DNA of 64,000 bases from Auanema rhodensis (Eukaryota; Animalia; Nematoda), in contig OZ059897.1 of assembly GCA_964057225.1 (NCBI GenBank), positions 248,001-312,000 on the forward strand, written 5' to 3'. Position numbers and translations under genes: made by a program. The notes below the pieces were generated by a model. It saw only the letters and a list, made by a program, of their open reading frames with translations. It did not search any database and was not told the origin of the DNA. Shown one piece after another: positions 24,901 through 38,958 of the stretch (its first letter is position 1; every line of letters starts with the position of its first letter).

Positions 24901-27726
24901 TTTTTAAGCTGCGTCGATCTGTGTTATCAGATTTGCGCTAGCTTAAAAATGCACCGAGATATCAACTGATATAAGTTCACACTTATATCCTCGATTTTCA
25001 CCCTGAAGAATTAATTTTTTCGTTGAATAACATTGTCCATCGTCTTTGCCTTGAAAAAAGAAATCTAAAAACATCTACTTTTTGCTAAATTATTTTGAAA
25101 TTTTTCGAAAAAATTTTTGTCAAAATGTTTTTGGAAGCATTGTTGAGTGTACATGGAAACTCAACATACACTAATGCATCATTTTTCAAACGATCATAAC
25201 TAATTTTTGTATTAAGCGTTTCTCAATGTAGTAAGTGCATTCGATGCGGATTTTTAAGCTGCGTCGATCTGTGTTATCAGATTTGCGCTAGCTTAAAAAT
25301 TCGACGAGATATCAACTGATATAAGTTCACACTTATATCCTCGATTTTCACCCTGAAGGAATAATTTTTTCGTTGAATAATATTGTTCATCGTCTTTGCC
25401 TTGAAAAAAGGAATCTAAAAACATCTACTTTTTGCTAAATTCTTTTGAAATTTTTCGAAAAAATTTTTGTCAAAATGTTTTTGGAAGCATTGTTGAGTGT
25501 ACATGGAAACTCAACATACACTAATGCATCATTTTTCAAACGATCATAACTAGTTTTTGTATTAAGCCTTTCTCAATGTAGTATAGTGCATTCGATGCGG
25601 ATTTTTAAGCTGCGTCGATCTCTGTTATCAGATTTGCGCTAGCTTAAAAATGCACCGAGATATCAACTGATATAAGTTCACACTTATATCCTCGATTTTC
25701 ACCCTGAAGGAATAATTTTTTCGTTGAATAACATTGTCCATCGTCTTTGCCTTGAAAAAAGGAATCTAAAAACATCTACTTTTTGCTAAATTATTTTGAA
25801 ATTTTTCGAAAAAATTTTTGTCAAAATGTTTTTGGAAGCATTGTTGAGTGTACATGGAAACTCAACATACACTAATGCATCATTTTTCAAACGATCATAA
25901 CTAATTTTTGTATTAAGCCTTTCTTAATGTAGTATAGTGCATTCGATGCGGATTTTTAAGCTGCGTCGATCTCTGTTATCAGATTTGCGCTAGCTTAAAA
26001 ATGCACCGAGATATCAACTGATATAAGTTCACACTTATATCCTCGATTTTCACCCTGAAGAATTAATTTTTTCGTTGAATAACATTGTCCATCGTCTTTG
26101 CCTTGAATAAAGGAATCTAAAAACATCTACTTTTGGCTAAATTATTTTGAAATTTTTCGAAAAAATTTTTGTCAAAATGTTTTTGGAAGCAATGTTGAGT
26201 GTACATGGAAACTCAACATACACTAATGCATCATTTTTCAAACGATCATAACTAATTTTTGTATTGAGCGTTTCTCAATGTAGTATAGTGCATTCGATGC
26301 GGATTTTTAAGCTGCGTCGATCTGTGTTATCAGATTTGCGCTAGCTTAAAAATGCACCGAGATATCAACTGATATATGTTCACACTTATATCCTCGATTT
26401 TCACCCTGAAGGAATAATTTTTTCGTTGAATAACATTGTCCATCGTCTTTGCCTTGAAAAAAGGAATCTAAAAACATCTACTCTTTGCTAAATTATTTTG
26501 AAATTTTTCGAAAAAATTTTTGTCAAAATGTTTTTGGAAGCATTGTTGAGTGTACATGGAAACTCAACATACACTAATGCATCATTTTTCAAACGATCAT
26601 AACTTATTTTTGTATTAAGCGTTTCTCAATGTAGTATAGTGCATTCGATGCGGATTTCTAAGCTGCGTCGATCTCTGTTATCAGATTTGCGCTAGCTTAA
26701 AAATGCACCGAGATATCAACTGATATAAGTTCACACTTATATCCTCGATTTTCACCCTGAAGGAATAATTTTTTTGTTGAATAACATTGTCCATAGTCTT
26801 TGCCTTGAAAAAAGGAATCTAAAAACATCTACTTTTTGCTAAATTATTTTGAAATTTTTCGAAAAAATTTTTGTCAAAATGTTTTTGGAAGCATTGTTGA
26901 GTGTACATGGAAACTCAACATACACTAATGCATCATTTTTCAAACGATCATAACTAATTTTTGTATTAAGCGTTTCTCAATGTAGTATAGTGCATTCGAT
27001 GCGGATTTCTAAGCTGCGTCGATCTGTGTTATCAGATTTGCGCTAGCTTAAAAATGCACCGAGATATCAACTGATATAAGTTCACACTTATATCCTCGAT
27101 TTTCACCCTGAAGGAATAATTTTTTCGTTGAATAACATTGTCCATCGTCTTTGCCTTGAAAAAAGGAATCTAAAAACATCTACTTTTTGCTAAATTATTT
27201 TGAAATTTTTCGAAAAAATTTTTGTCAAAATGTTTTTGGAAGCATTGTTGAGTGTACATGGAAACTCAACATACACTAATGCATCATTTTTCAAACGATC
27301 ATAACTAATTTTTGTATTAAGCGTTTCTCAATGTAGTATAGTGCATTCGATGCGGATTTTTAAGCTGCGTCGATCTGTGTTATCAGATTTGCGCTATCTT
27401 AAAAATGCACCGAGATATCAACTGATATAAGTTCACACTTATATCCTCGATTTTCACCCTGAAGAATTAATTTTTTCGTTGAATAACATTGTCCATCGTC
27501 TTTGCCTTGAATAAAGGAATCTTAAAACACCTACTTTTTGCTAAATTATTTTGAAATTTTTCGAAAAAATTTTTGTCAAAATGTTTTTGGAAGCAATGTT
27601 GAGTGTACATGGAAACTCAACATACACTAATGTATCATTTTTCAAACGATCATAACTAATTTTTGTATCAAGCGTTTCTCAATGTAGTATAGTGCATTCG
27701 ATGCGGATTTTTAAGCTGCGTCGATC
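18955..27726. repeat. Three copies of a divergent higher-order cassette (10-mer 18955-22463, 7-mer 22464-24919, third copy from 24920)
   Basis: A 1-bp deletion (agtatagt>agtaagt) follows 19268, 22777 and 25233 (spacings 3509 and 2456). Each is followed by the same divergent monomer and by gcctttcttaat, ttttggct and tactcttt monomers. Confidence 0.9.
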
Positions 27727-30183
27727 TGTGTTATCAAATTTGCGCTAGCTTAAAAATGCACCGAGATATCAACTGATATAAGTTCACACATATATCCTCG
27801 ATTTTCACCCTGAAGGAATAATTTTTTCGTTGAATAACATTGTCCATAGTCTTTGCCTTGAAAAAAGGAATCTAAAAACATCTACTTTTTGCTAAATTAT
27901 TTTGAAATTTTTCGAAAAAATTTTTGTCAAAATGTTTTTGGAAGCATTGTTGAGTGTACATGGAAACTCAACATACACTAATGCATCATTTTTCAAACGA
28001 TCATAACTAATTTTTGTATTAAGCGTTTCTCAATGTAGTATAGTGCATTCGATGCGGATTTTTAAGCTGCGTCGATCTGTGTTATCAGATTTGCGCTAGC
28101 TTAAAAATGCACCGAGATATCAACTGATATAAGTTCACACTTATATCCTCGATTTTCACCCTGAAGGAATAATTTTTTCGTTGAATAACATTGTCCATCG
28201 TCTTTGCCTTGAATAAAGGAATCTAAAAACACCTACTTTTTGCTAAATTATTTTGAAATTTTTCGAAAAAATTTTTGTCAAAATGTTTTTGGAAGCAATG
28301 TTGAGTGTACATGGAAACTCAACATACACTAATGCATCATTTTTCAAACGATCATAACTAATTTTTGTATCAAGCGTTTCTCAATGTAGTATAGTGCATT
28401 CGATGCGGATTTTTAAGCTGCGTCGATCTGTGTTATCAAATTTGCGCTAGCTTAAAAATGCACCGAGATATCAACTGATATAAGTTCACACATATATCCT
28501 CGATTTTCACCCTGAAGGAATAATTTTTTCGTTGAATAACATTGTCCATAGTCTTTGCCTTGAAAAAAGGAATCTAAAAACATCTACTTTTTGCTAAATT
28601 ATTTTGAAATTTTTCGAAAAAATTTTTGTCAAAATGTTTTTGGAAGCATTGTTGAGTGTACATGGAAACTCAACATACACTAATGCATCATTTTTCAAAC
28701 GATCATAACTAATTTTTGTATTAAGCGTTTCTCAATGTAGTATAGTGCATTCGATGCGGATTTTTAAGCTGCGTCGATCTGTGTTATCAGATTTGCGCTA
28801 GCTTAAAAATGCACCGAGATATCAACTGATATAAGTTCACACTTATATCCTCGATTTTCACCCTGAAGGAATAATTTTTTCGTTGAATAACATTGTCCAT
28901 CGTCTTTGCCTTGAAAAAAGGAATCTAAAAACATCTACTTTTTGCTAAATTATTTTGAAATTTTTCGAAAAAATTTTTGTCAAAATGTTTTTGGAAGCAT
29001 TGTTGAGTGTACATGGAAACTCAACATACAATAATGCATCATTTTTCAAACGATCATAACTAATTTTTGTATTAAGCGTTTCTCAATGTAGTATAGTGCA
29101 TTCGATGCGGATTTTTAAGCTGCGTCGATCTGTGTTATCAGATTTGCGCTATCTTAAAAATGCACCGAGATATCAACTGATATAAGTTCACACTTATATC
29201 CTCGATTTTCACCCTGAAGAATTAATTTTTTCGTTGAATAACATTGTCCATCGTCTTTGCCTTGAATAAAGGAATCTAAAAACACCTACTTTTTGCTAAA
29301 TTATTTTGAAATTTTTCGAAAAAATTTTTGTCAAAATGTTTTTGGAAGCAATGTTGAGTGTACATGGAAACTCAACATACACTAATGCATCATTTTTCAA
29401 ACGATCATAACTAATTTTTGTATCAAGCGTTTCTCAATGTAGTATAGTGCATTCGATGCGGATTTTTAAGCTGCGTCGATCTGTGTTATCAGATTTGCGC
29501 TAGCTTAAAAATGCACCGAGATATCAACTGATATAAGTTCACACTTATATCCTCGATTTTCACCCTGAAGGAATAATTTTTTCGTTGAATAACATTGTCC
29601 ATCGTCTTTGCCTTGAAAAAAGGAATCTAAAAACATTTACTTTTTGCTAAATTATTTTGAAATTTTTCGAAAAAATTTTTGTCAAAATGTTTTTGGAAGC
29701 ATTGTTGAGTGTACATGGAAACTCAACATACACTAATGCATCATTTTTCAAACGATCATAACTAATTTTTGTATTAAGCGTTTCTCAATGTAGTATAGTG
29801 CATTCGATGCGGATTTTTAAGCTGCGTCGATCTGTGTTATCAGATTTGCGCTAGCTTAAAAATGCACCGAGATATCAACTGATATAAGTTCACACTTATA
29901 TCCTCGATTTTCACCCTGAAGGAATAATTTTTTCGTTGAATAACATTGTCCATCGTCTTTGCCTTGAAAAAAGGAATCTAAAAACATCTACTTTTTGCTA
30001 AATTATTTTGAAATTTTTCGAAAAAATTTTTGTCAAAATGTTTTTGGAAGCATTGTTGAGTGTACATGGAAACTCAACATACACTAATGCATCATTTTTC
30101 AAACGATCATAACTAATTTTTGTATTAAGCGTTTCTTAATGTAGTATAGTGCATTCGATGCGGATTTTTAAGCTGCGTCGATC

Positions 30184-33100
30184 TCTGTTATCAGATTTGC
30201 GCTAGCTTAAAAATGCACCGAGATATCAACTGATATAAGTTCACACTTATATCCTCGATTTTCACCCTGAAGAATTAATTTTTTCGTTGAATAACATTGT
30301 CCATCGTCTTTGCCTTGAATAAAGGAATCTAAAAACATCTACTTTTTGCTAAATTATTTTGAAATTTTTCGAAAAAATTTTTGTCAAAATGTTTTTGGAA
30401 GCAATGTTGAGTGTACATGGAAACTCAACATACACTAATGCATCATTTTTCAAACGATCATAACTAATTTTTGTATTAAGCGTTTCTCAATGTAGTATAG
30501 TGCATTCGATGCGGATTTTTAAGCTGCGTCGATCTGTGTTATCAGATTTGCGCTAGCTTAAAAATGCACCGAGATATCAACTGATATAAGTTCACACTTA
30601 TATCCTCGATTTTCACCCTGAAGGAATAATTTTTTCGTTGAATAACATTGTCCATCATCTTTGCCTTGAAAAAAGGAATCTAAAAACATCTACTTTTTGC
30701 TAAATTATTTTGAAATTTTTCGAAAAAATTTTTGTCAAAATGTTTTTGGAAGCAATGTTGAGTGTACATGGAAACTCAACATACACTAATGCATCATTTT
30801 TCAAACGATCATAACTAATTTTTGTATTAAGCGTTTCTCAATGTAGTATAGTGCATTCGATGCGGATTTTTAAGCTGCGTCGATCTGTGTTATCAGATTT
30901 GCGCTAGCTTAAAAATGCACCGAGATATCAACTGATATAAGTTCACACTTATATCCTCGATTTTCACCCTGAAGAATTAATTTTTTCGTTGAATAACATT
31001 GTCCATCGTCTTTGCCTTGAATGAAAAAATCTAAAAACATCTACTTTTTGCTAAATTATTTTGAAATTTTTCGAAAAAATTTTTGTCAAAATGTTTTTGG
31101 AAGCAATGTTGAGTGTACATGGAAACTCAACATACACTAATGCATCATTTTTCAAACGATCATAACTAATTTTTGTATTAAGCGTTTCTCAATGTAGTAT
31201 AGTGCATTCGATGCGGATTTTTAAGCTGCGTCGATCTGTGTTATCAGATTTGCGCTAGCTTAAAAATGCACCGAGATATCAACTGATATAAGTTCACACT
31301 TATATCCTCGATTTTCACCCTGAAGGAATAATTTTTTCGTTGAATAACATTGTCCATCATCTTTGCCTTGAAAAAAGGAATCTAAAAACATCTACTTTTT
31401 GCTAAATTATTTTGAAATTTTTCGAAAAAATTTTTGTCAAAATGTTTTTGGAAGCAATGTTGAGTGTACATGGAAACTCAACATACACTAATGCATCATT
31501 TTTCAAACGATCATAACTAATTTTTGTATTAAGCGTTTCTCAATGTAGTATAGTGCATTCGATGCGGATTTTTAAGCTGCGTCGATCTGTGTTATCAGAT
31601 TTGCGCTAGCTTAAAAATGCACCGAGATATCAACTGATATAAGTTCACACTTATATCCTCGATTTTCACCCTGAAGAATTAATTTTTTCGTTGAATAACA
31701 TTGTCCATCGTCTTTGCCTTGAATAAAAAAATCTAAAAACATCTACTTTTTGCTAAATTATTTTGAAATTTTTCGAAAAAATTTTTGTCAAAATGTTTTT
31801 GGAAGCAATGTTGAGTGTACATGGAAACTCAACATACACTAATGCATCATTTTTCAAACGATCATAACTAATTTTTGTATTAAGCGTTTCTCAATGTAGT
31901 ATAGTGCATTCGATGCGGATTTTTAAGCTGCGTCGATCTCTGTTATCAGATTTGCGCTAGCTTAAAAATGCACCGAGATATCAACTGATATAAGTTCACA
32001 CTTATATCCTCGATTTTCACCCTGAAGAATTAATTTTTTCGTTGAATAACATTGTCCATCGTCTTTGCCTTGAATAAAGGAATCTAAAAACATCTACTTT
32101 TTGCTAAATTATTTTGAAATTTTTCGAAAAAATTTTTGTCAAAATGTTTTTGGAAGCAATGTTGAGTGTACATGGAAACTCAACATACACTAATGCATCA
32201 TTTTTCAAACGATCATAACTAATTTTTGTATTAAGCGTTTCTCAATGTAGTATAGTGCATTCGATGCGGATTTTTAAGCTGCGTCGATCTGTGTTATCAG
32301 ATTTGCGCTAGCTTAAAAATGCACCGAGATATCAACTGATATAAGTTCACACTTATATCCTCGATTTTCACCCTGAAGGAATAATTTTTTCGTTGAATAA
32401 CATTGTCCATCATCTTTGCCTTGAAAAAAGGAATCTAAAAACATCTACTTTTTGCTAAATTATTTTGAAATTTTTCGAAAAAATTTTTGTCAAAATGTTT
32501 TTGGAAGCAATGTTGAGTGTACATGGAAACTCAACATACACTAATGCATCATTTTTCAAACGATCATAACTAATTTTTGTATTAAGCGTTTCTCAATGTA
32601 GTATAGTGCATTCGATGCGGATTTTTAAGCTGCGTCGATCTGTGTTATCAGATTTGCGCTAGCTTAAAAATGCACCGAGATATCAACTGATATAAGTTCA
32701 CACTTATATCCTCGATTTTCACCCTGAAGAATTAATTTTTTCGTTGAATAACATTGTCCATCGTCTTTGCCTTGAATAAAGGAATCTAAAAACATCTACT
32801 TTTTGCTAAATTATTTTGAAATTTTTCGAAAAAATTTTTGTCAAAATGTTTTTGGAAGCAATGTTGAGTGTACATGGAAACTCAACATACACTAATGCAT
32901 CATTTTTCAAACGATCATAACTAATTTTTGTATTAAGCGTTTCTCAATGTAGTATAGTGCATTCGATGCGGATTTTTAAGCTGCGTCGATCTGTGTTATC
33001 AGATTTGCGCTAGCTTAAAAATGCACCGAGATATCAACTGATATAAGTTCACACTTATATCCTCGATTTTCACCCTGAAGAATTAATTTTTTCGTTGAAT

Positions 33101-36100
33101 AACATTGTCCATCGTCTTTGCCTTGAATAAAAAAATCTAAAAACATCTACTTTTTGCTAAATTATTTTGAAATTTTTCGAAAAAATTTTTGTCAAAATGT
33201 TTTTGGAAGCAATGTTGAGTGTACATGGAAACTCAACATACACTAATGCATCATTTTTCAAACGATCATAACTAATTTTTGTATTAAGCGTTTCTCAATG
33301 TAGTATAGTGCATTCGATGCGGATTTTTAAGCTGCGTCGATCTGTGTTATCAGATTTGCGCTAGCTTAAAAATGCACCGAGATATCAACTGATATAAGTT
33401 CACACTTATATCCTCGATTTTCACCCTGAAGAATTAATTTTTTCGTTGAATAACATTGTCCATCGTCTTTGCCTTGAATAAAAAAATCTAAAAACATCTA
33501 CTTTTTGCTAAATTATTTTGAAATTTTTCGAAAAAATTTTTGTCAAAATGTTTTTGGAAGCAATGTTGAGTGTACATGGAAACTCAACATACACTAATGC
33601 ATCATTTTTCAAACGATCATAACTAATTTTTGTATTAAGCGTTTCTCAATGTAGTATAGTGCATTCGATGCGGATTTTTAAGCTGCGTCGATCTGTGTTA
33701 TCAGATTTGCGCTAGCTTAAAAATGCACCGAGATATCAACTGATATAAGTTCACACTTATATCCTCGATTTTCACCCTGAAGAATTAATTTTTTCGTTGA
33801 ATAACATTGTCCATCGTCTTTGCCTTGAATAAAAAAATCTAAAAACATCTACTTTTTGCTAAATTATTTTGAAATTTTTCGAAAAAATTTTTGTCAAAAT
33901 GTTTTTGGAAGCAATGTTGAGTGTACATGGAAACTCAACATACACTAATGCATCATTTTTCAAACGATCATAACTAATTTTTGTATTAAGCGTTTCTCAA
34001 TGTAGTATAGTGCATTCGATGCGGATTTTTAAGCTGCGTCGATCTGTGTTATCAGATTTGCGCTAGCTTAAAAATGCACCGAGATATCAACTGATATAAG
34101 TTCACACTTATATCCTCGATTTTCACCCTGAAGGAATAATTTTTTCGTTGAATAACATTGTCCATCATCTTTGCCTTGAATAAAAAAATCTAAAAACATC
34201 TACTTTTTGCTAAATTATTTTGAAATTTTTCGAAAAAATTTTTGTCAAAATGTTTTTGGAAGCAATGTTGAGTGTACATGGAAACTCAACATACACTAAT
34301 GCATCATTTTTCAAACGATCATAACTAATTTTTGTATTAAGCGTTTCTCAATGTAGTATAGTGCATTCGATGCGGATTTTTAAGCTGCGTCGATCTGTGT
34401 TATCAGATTTGCGCTAGCTTAAAAATGCACCGAGATATCAACTGATATAAGTTCACACTTATATCCTCGATTTTCACCCTGAAGAATTAATTTTTTCGTT
34501 GAATAACATTGTCCATCGTCTTTGCCTTGAATAAAGGAATCTAAAAACATCTACTTTTTGCTAAATTATTTTGAAATTTTTCGAAAAAATTTTTGTCAAA
34601 ATGTTTTTGGAAGCAATGTTGAGTGTACATGGAAACTCAACATACACTAATGCATCATTTTTCAAACGATCATAACTAATTTTTGTATTAAGCGTTTCTC
34701 AATGTAGTATAGTGCATTCGATGCGGATTTTTAAGCTGCGTCGATCTGTGTTATCAGATTTGCGCTAGCTTAAAAATGCACCGAGATATCAACTGATATA
34801 AGTTCACACTTATATCCTCGATTTTCACCCTGAAGGAATAATTTTTTCGTTGAATAACATTGTCCATCATCTTTGCCTTGAAAAAAGGAATCTAAAAACA
34901 TCTACTTTTTGCTAAATTATTTTGAAATTTTTCGAAAAAATTTTTGTCAAAATGTTTTTGGAAGCAATGTTGAGTGTACATGGAAACTCAACATACACTA
35001 ATGCATCATTTTTCAAACGATCATAACTAATTTTTGTATTAAGCGTTTCTCAATGTAGTATAGTGCATTCGATGCGGATTTTTAAGCTGCGTCGATCTGT
35101 GTTATCAGATTTGCGCTAGCTTAAAAATGCACCGAGATATCAACTGATATAAGTTCACACTTATATCCTCGATTTTCACCCTGAAGAATTAATTTTTTCG
35201 TTGAATAACATTGTCCATCGTCTTTGCCTTGAATGAAAAAATCTAAAAACATCTACTTTTTGCTAAATTATTTTGAAATTTTTCGAAAAAATTTTTGTCA
35301 AAATGTTTTTGGAAGCAATGTTGAGTGTACATGGAAACTCAACATACACTAATGCATCATTTTTCAAACGATCATAACTAATTTTTGTATTAAGCGTTTC
35401 TCAATGTAGTATAGTGCATTCGATGCGGATTTTTAAGCTGCGTCGATCTGTGTTATCAGATTTGCGCTAGCTTAAAAATGCACCGAGATATCAACTGATA
35501 TAAGTTCACACTTATATCCTCGATTTTCACCCTGAAGGAATAATTTTTTCGTTGAATAACATTGTCCATCATCTTTGCCTTGAAAAAAGGAATCTAAAAA
35601 CATCTACTTTTTGCTAAATTATTTTGAAATTTTTCGAAAAAATTTTTGTCAAAATGTTTTTGGAAGCAATGTTGAGTGTACATGGAAACTCAACATACAC
35701 TAATGCATCATTTTTCAAACGATCATAACTAATTTTTGTATTAAGCGTTTCTCAATGTAGTATAGTGCATTCGATGCGGATTTTTAAGCTGCGTCGATCT
35801 GTGTTATCAGATTTGCGCTAGCTTAAAAATGCACCGAGATATCAACTGATATAAGTTCACACTTATATCCTCGATTTTCACCCTGAAGAATTAATTTTTT
35901 CGTTGAATAACATTGTCCATCGTCTTTGCCTTGAATAAAAAAATCTAAAAACATCTACTTTTTGCTAAATTATTTTGAAATTTTTCGAAAAAATTTTTGT
36001 CAAAATGTTTTTGGAAGCAATGTTGAGTGTACATGGAAACTCAACATACACTAATGCATCATTTTTCAAACGATCATAACTAATTTTTGTATTAAGCGTT

Positions 36101-38607
36101 TCTCAATGTAGTATAGTGCATTCGATGCGGATTTTTAAGCTGCGTCGATCTCTGTTATCAGATTTGCGCTAGCTTAAAAATGCACCGAGATATCAACTGA
36201 TATAAGTTCACACTTATATCCTCGATTTTCACCCTGAAGAATTAATTTTTTCGTTGAATAACATTGTCCATCGTCTTTGCCTTGAATAAAGGAATCTAAA
36301 AACATCTACTTTTTGCTAAATTATTTTGAAATTTTTCGAAAAAATTTTTGTCAAAATGTTTTTGGAAGCAATGTTGAGTGTACATGGAAACTCAACATAC
36401 ACTAATGCATCATTTTTCAAACGATCATAACTAATTTTTGTATTAAGCGTTTCTCAATGTAGTATAGTGCATTCGATGCGGATTTTTAAGCTGCGTCGAT
36501 CTGTGTTATCAGATTTGCGCTAGCTTAAAAATGCACCGAGATATCAACTGATATAAGTTCACACTTATATCCTCGATTTTCACCCTGAAGGAATAATTTT
36601 TTCGTTGAATAACATTGTCCATCATCTTTGCCTTGAAAAAAGGAATCTAAAAACATCTACTTTTTGCTAAATTATTTTGAAATTTTTCGAAAAAATTTTT
36701 GTCAAAATGTTTTTGGAAGCAATGTTGAGTGTACATGGAAACTCAACATACACTAATGCATCATTTTTCAAACGATCATAACTAATTTTTGTATTAAGCG
36801 TTTCTCAATGTAGTATAGTGCATTCGATGCGGATTTTTAAGCTGCGTCGATCTGTGTTATCAGATTTGCGCTAGCTTAAAAATGCACCGAGATATCAACT
36901 GATATAAGTTCACACTTATATCCTCGATTTTCACCCTGAAGAATTAATTTTTTCGTTGAATAACATTGTCCATCGTCTTTGCCTTGAATAAAGGAATCTA
37001 AAAACATCTACTTTTTGCTAAATTATTTTGAAATTTTTCGAAAAAATTTTTGTCAAAATGTTTTTGGAAGCAATGTTGAGTGTACATGGAAACTCAACAT
37101 ACACTAATGCATCATTTTTCAAACGATCATAACTAATTTTTGTATTAAGCGTTTCTCAATGTAGTATAGTGCATTCGATGCGGATTTTTAAGCTGCGTCG
37201 ATCTGTGTTATCAGATTTGCGCTAGCTTAAAAATGCACCGAGATATCAACTGATATAAGTTCACACTTATATCCTCGATTTTCACCCTGAAGAATTAATT
37301 TTTTCGTTGAATAACATTGTCCATCGTCTTTGCCTTGAATAAAAAAATCTAAAAACATCTACTTTTTGCTAAATTATTTTGAAATTTTTCGAAAAAATTT
37401 TTGTCAAAATGTTTTTGGAAGCAATGTTGAGTGTACATGGAAACTCAACATACACTAATGCATCATTTTTCAAACGATCATAACTAATTTTTGTATTAAG
37501 CGTTTCTCAATGTAGTATAGTGCATTCGATGCGGATTTTTAAGCTGCGTCGATCTGTGTTATCAGATTTGCGCTAGCTTAAAAATGCACCGAGATATCAA
37601 CTGATATAAGTTCACACTTATATCCTCGATTTTCACCCTGAAGAATTAATTTTTTCGTTGAATAACATTGTCCATCGTCTTTGCCTTGAATAAAAAAATC
37701 TAAAAACATCTACTTTTTGCTAAATTATTTTGAAATTTTTCGAAAAAATTTTTGTCAAAATGTTTTTGGAAGCAATGTTGAGTGTACATGGAAACTCAAC
37801 ATACACTAATGCATCATTTTTCAAACGATCATAACTAATTTTTGTATTAAGCGTTTCTCAATGTAGTATAGTGCATTCGATGCGGATTTTTAAGCTGCGT
37901 CGATCTGTGTTATCAGATTTGCGCTAGCTTAAAAATGCACCGAGATATCAACTGATATAAGTTCACACTTATATCCTCGATTTTCACCCTGAAGAATTAA
38001 TTTTTTCGTTGAATAACATTGTCCATCGTCTTTGCCTTGAATAAAAAAATCTAAAAACATCTACTTTTTGCTAAATTATTTTGAAATTTTTCGAAAAAAT
38101 TTTTGTCAAAATGTTTTTGGAAGCAATGTTGAGTGTACATGGAAACTCAACATACACTAATGCATCATTTTTCAAACGATCATAACTAATTTTTGTATTA
38201 AGCGTTTCTCAATGTAGTATAGTGCATTCGATGCGGATTTTTAAGCTGCGTCGATCTGTGTTATCAGATTTGCGCTAGCTTAAAAATGCACCGAGATATC
38301 AACTGATATAAGTTCACACTTATATCCTCGATTTTCACCCTGAAGGAATAATTTTTTCGTTGAATAACATTGTCCATCATCTTTGCCTTGAATAAAAAAA
38401 TCTAAAAACATCTACTTTTTGCTAAATTATTTTGAAATTTTTCGAAAAAATTTTTGTCAAAATGTTTTTGGAAGCAATGTTGAGTGTACATGGAAACTCA
38501 ACATACACTAATGCATCATTTTTCAAACGATCATAACTAATTTTTGTATTAAGCGTTTCTCAATGTAGTATAGTGCATTCGATGCGGATTTTTAAGCTGC
38601 GTCGATC
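30184..38607. repeat. Near-perfect 12-mer tandem duplication (4212 bp x2; M87-98 and M99-110)
   Basis: The private variant gaatgaaaaa has its G at 31023 and 35235 (difference 4212). The order of all 12 monomer types is identical, including a chimeric last monomer. Confidence 0.88.
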
Positions 38608-38958
38608 TGTGTTATCAGATTTGCGCTAGCTTAAAAATGCACCGAGATATCAACTGATATAAGTTCACACTTATATCCTCGATTTTCACCCTGAAGAATT
38701 AATTTTTTCGTTGAATAACATTGTCCATCGTCTTTGCCTTGAATAAAAAAATCTAAAAACATCTACTTTTTGCTAAATTATTTTGAAATTTTTCGAAAAA
38801 ATTTTTGTCAAAATGTTTTTGGAAGCAATGTTGAGTGTACATGGAAACTCAACATACACTAATGCATCATTTTTCAAACGATCATAACTAATTTTTGTAT
38901 TAAGCGTTTCTCAATGTAGTATAGTGCATTCGATGCGGATTTTTAAGCTGCGTCGATC

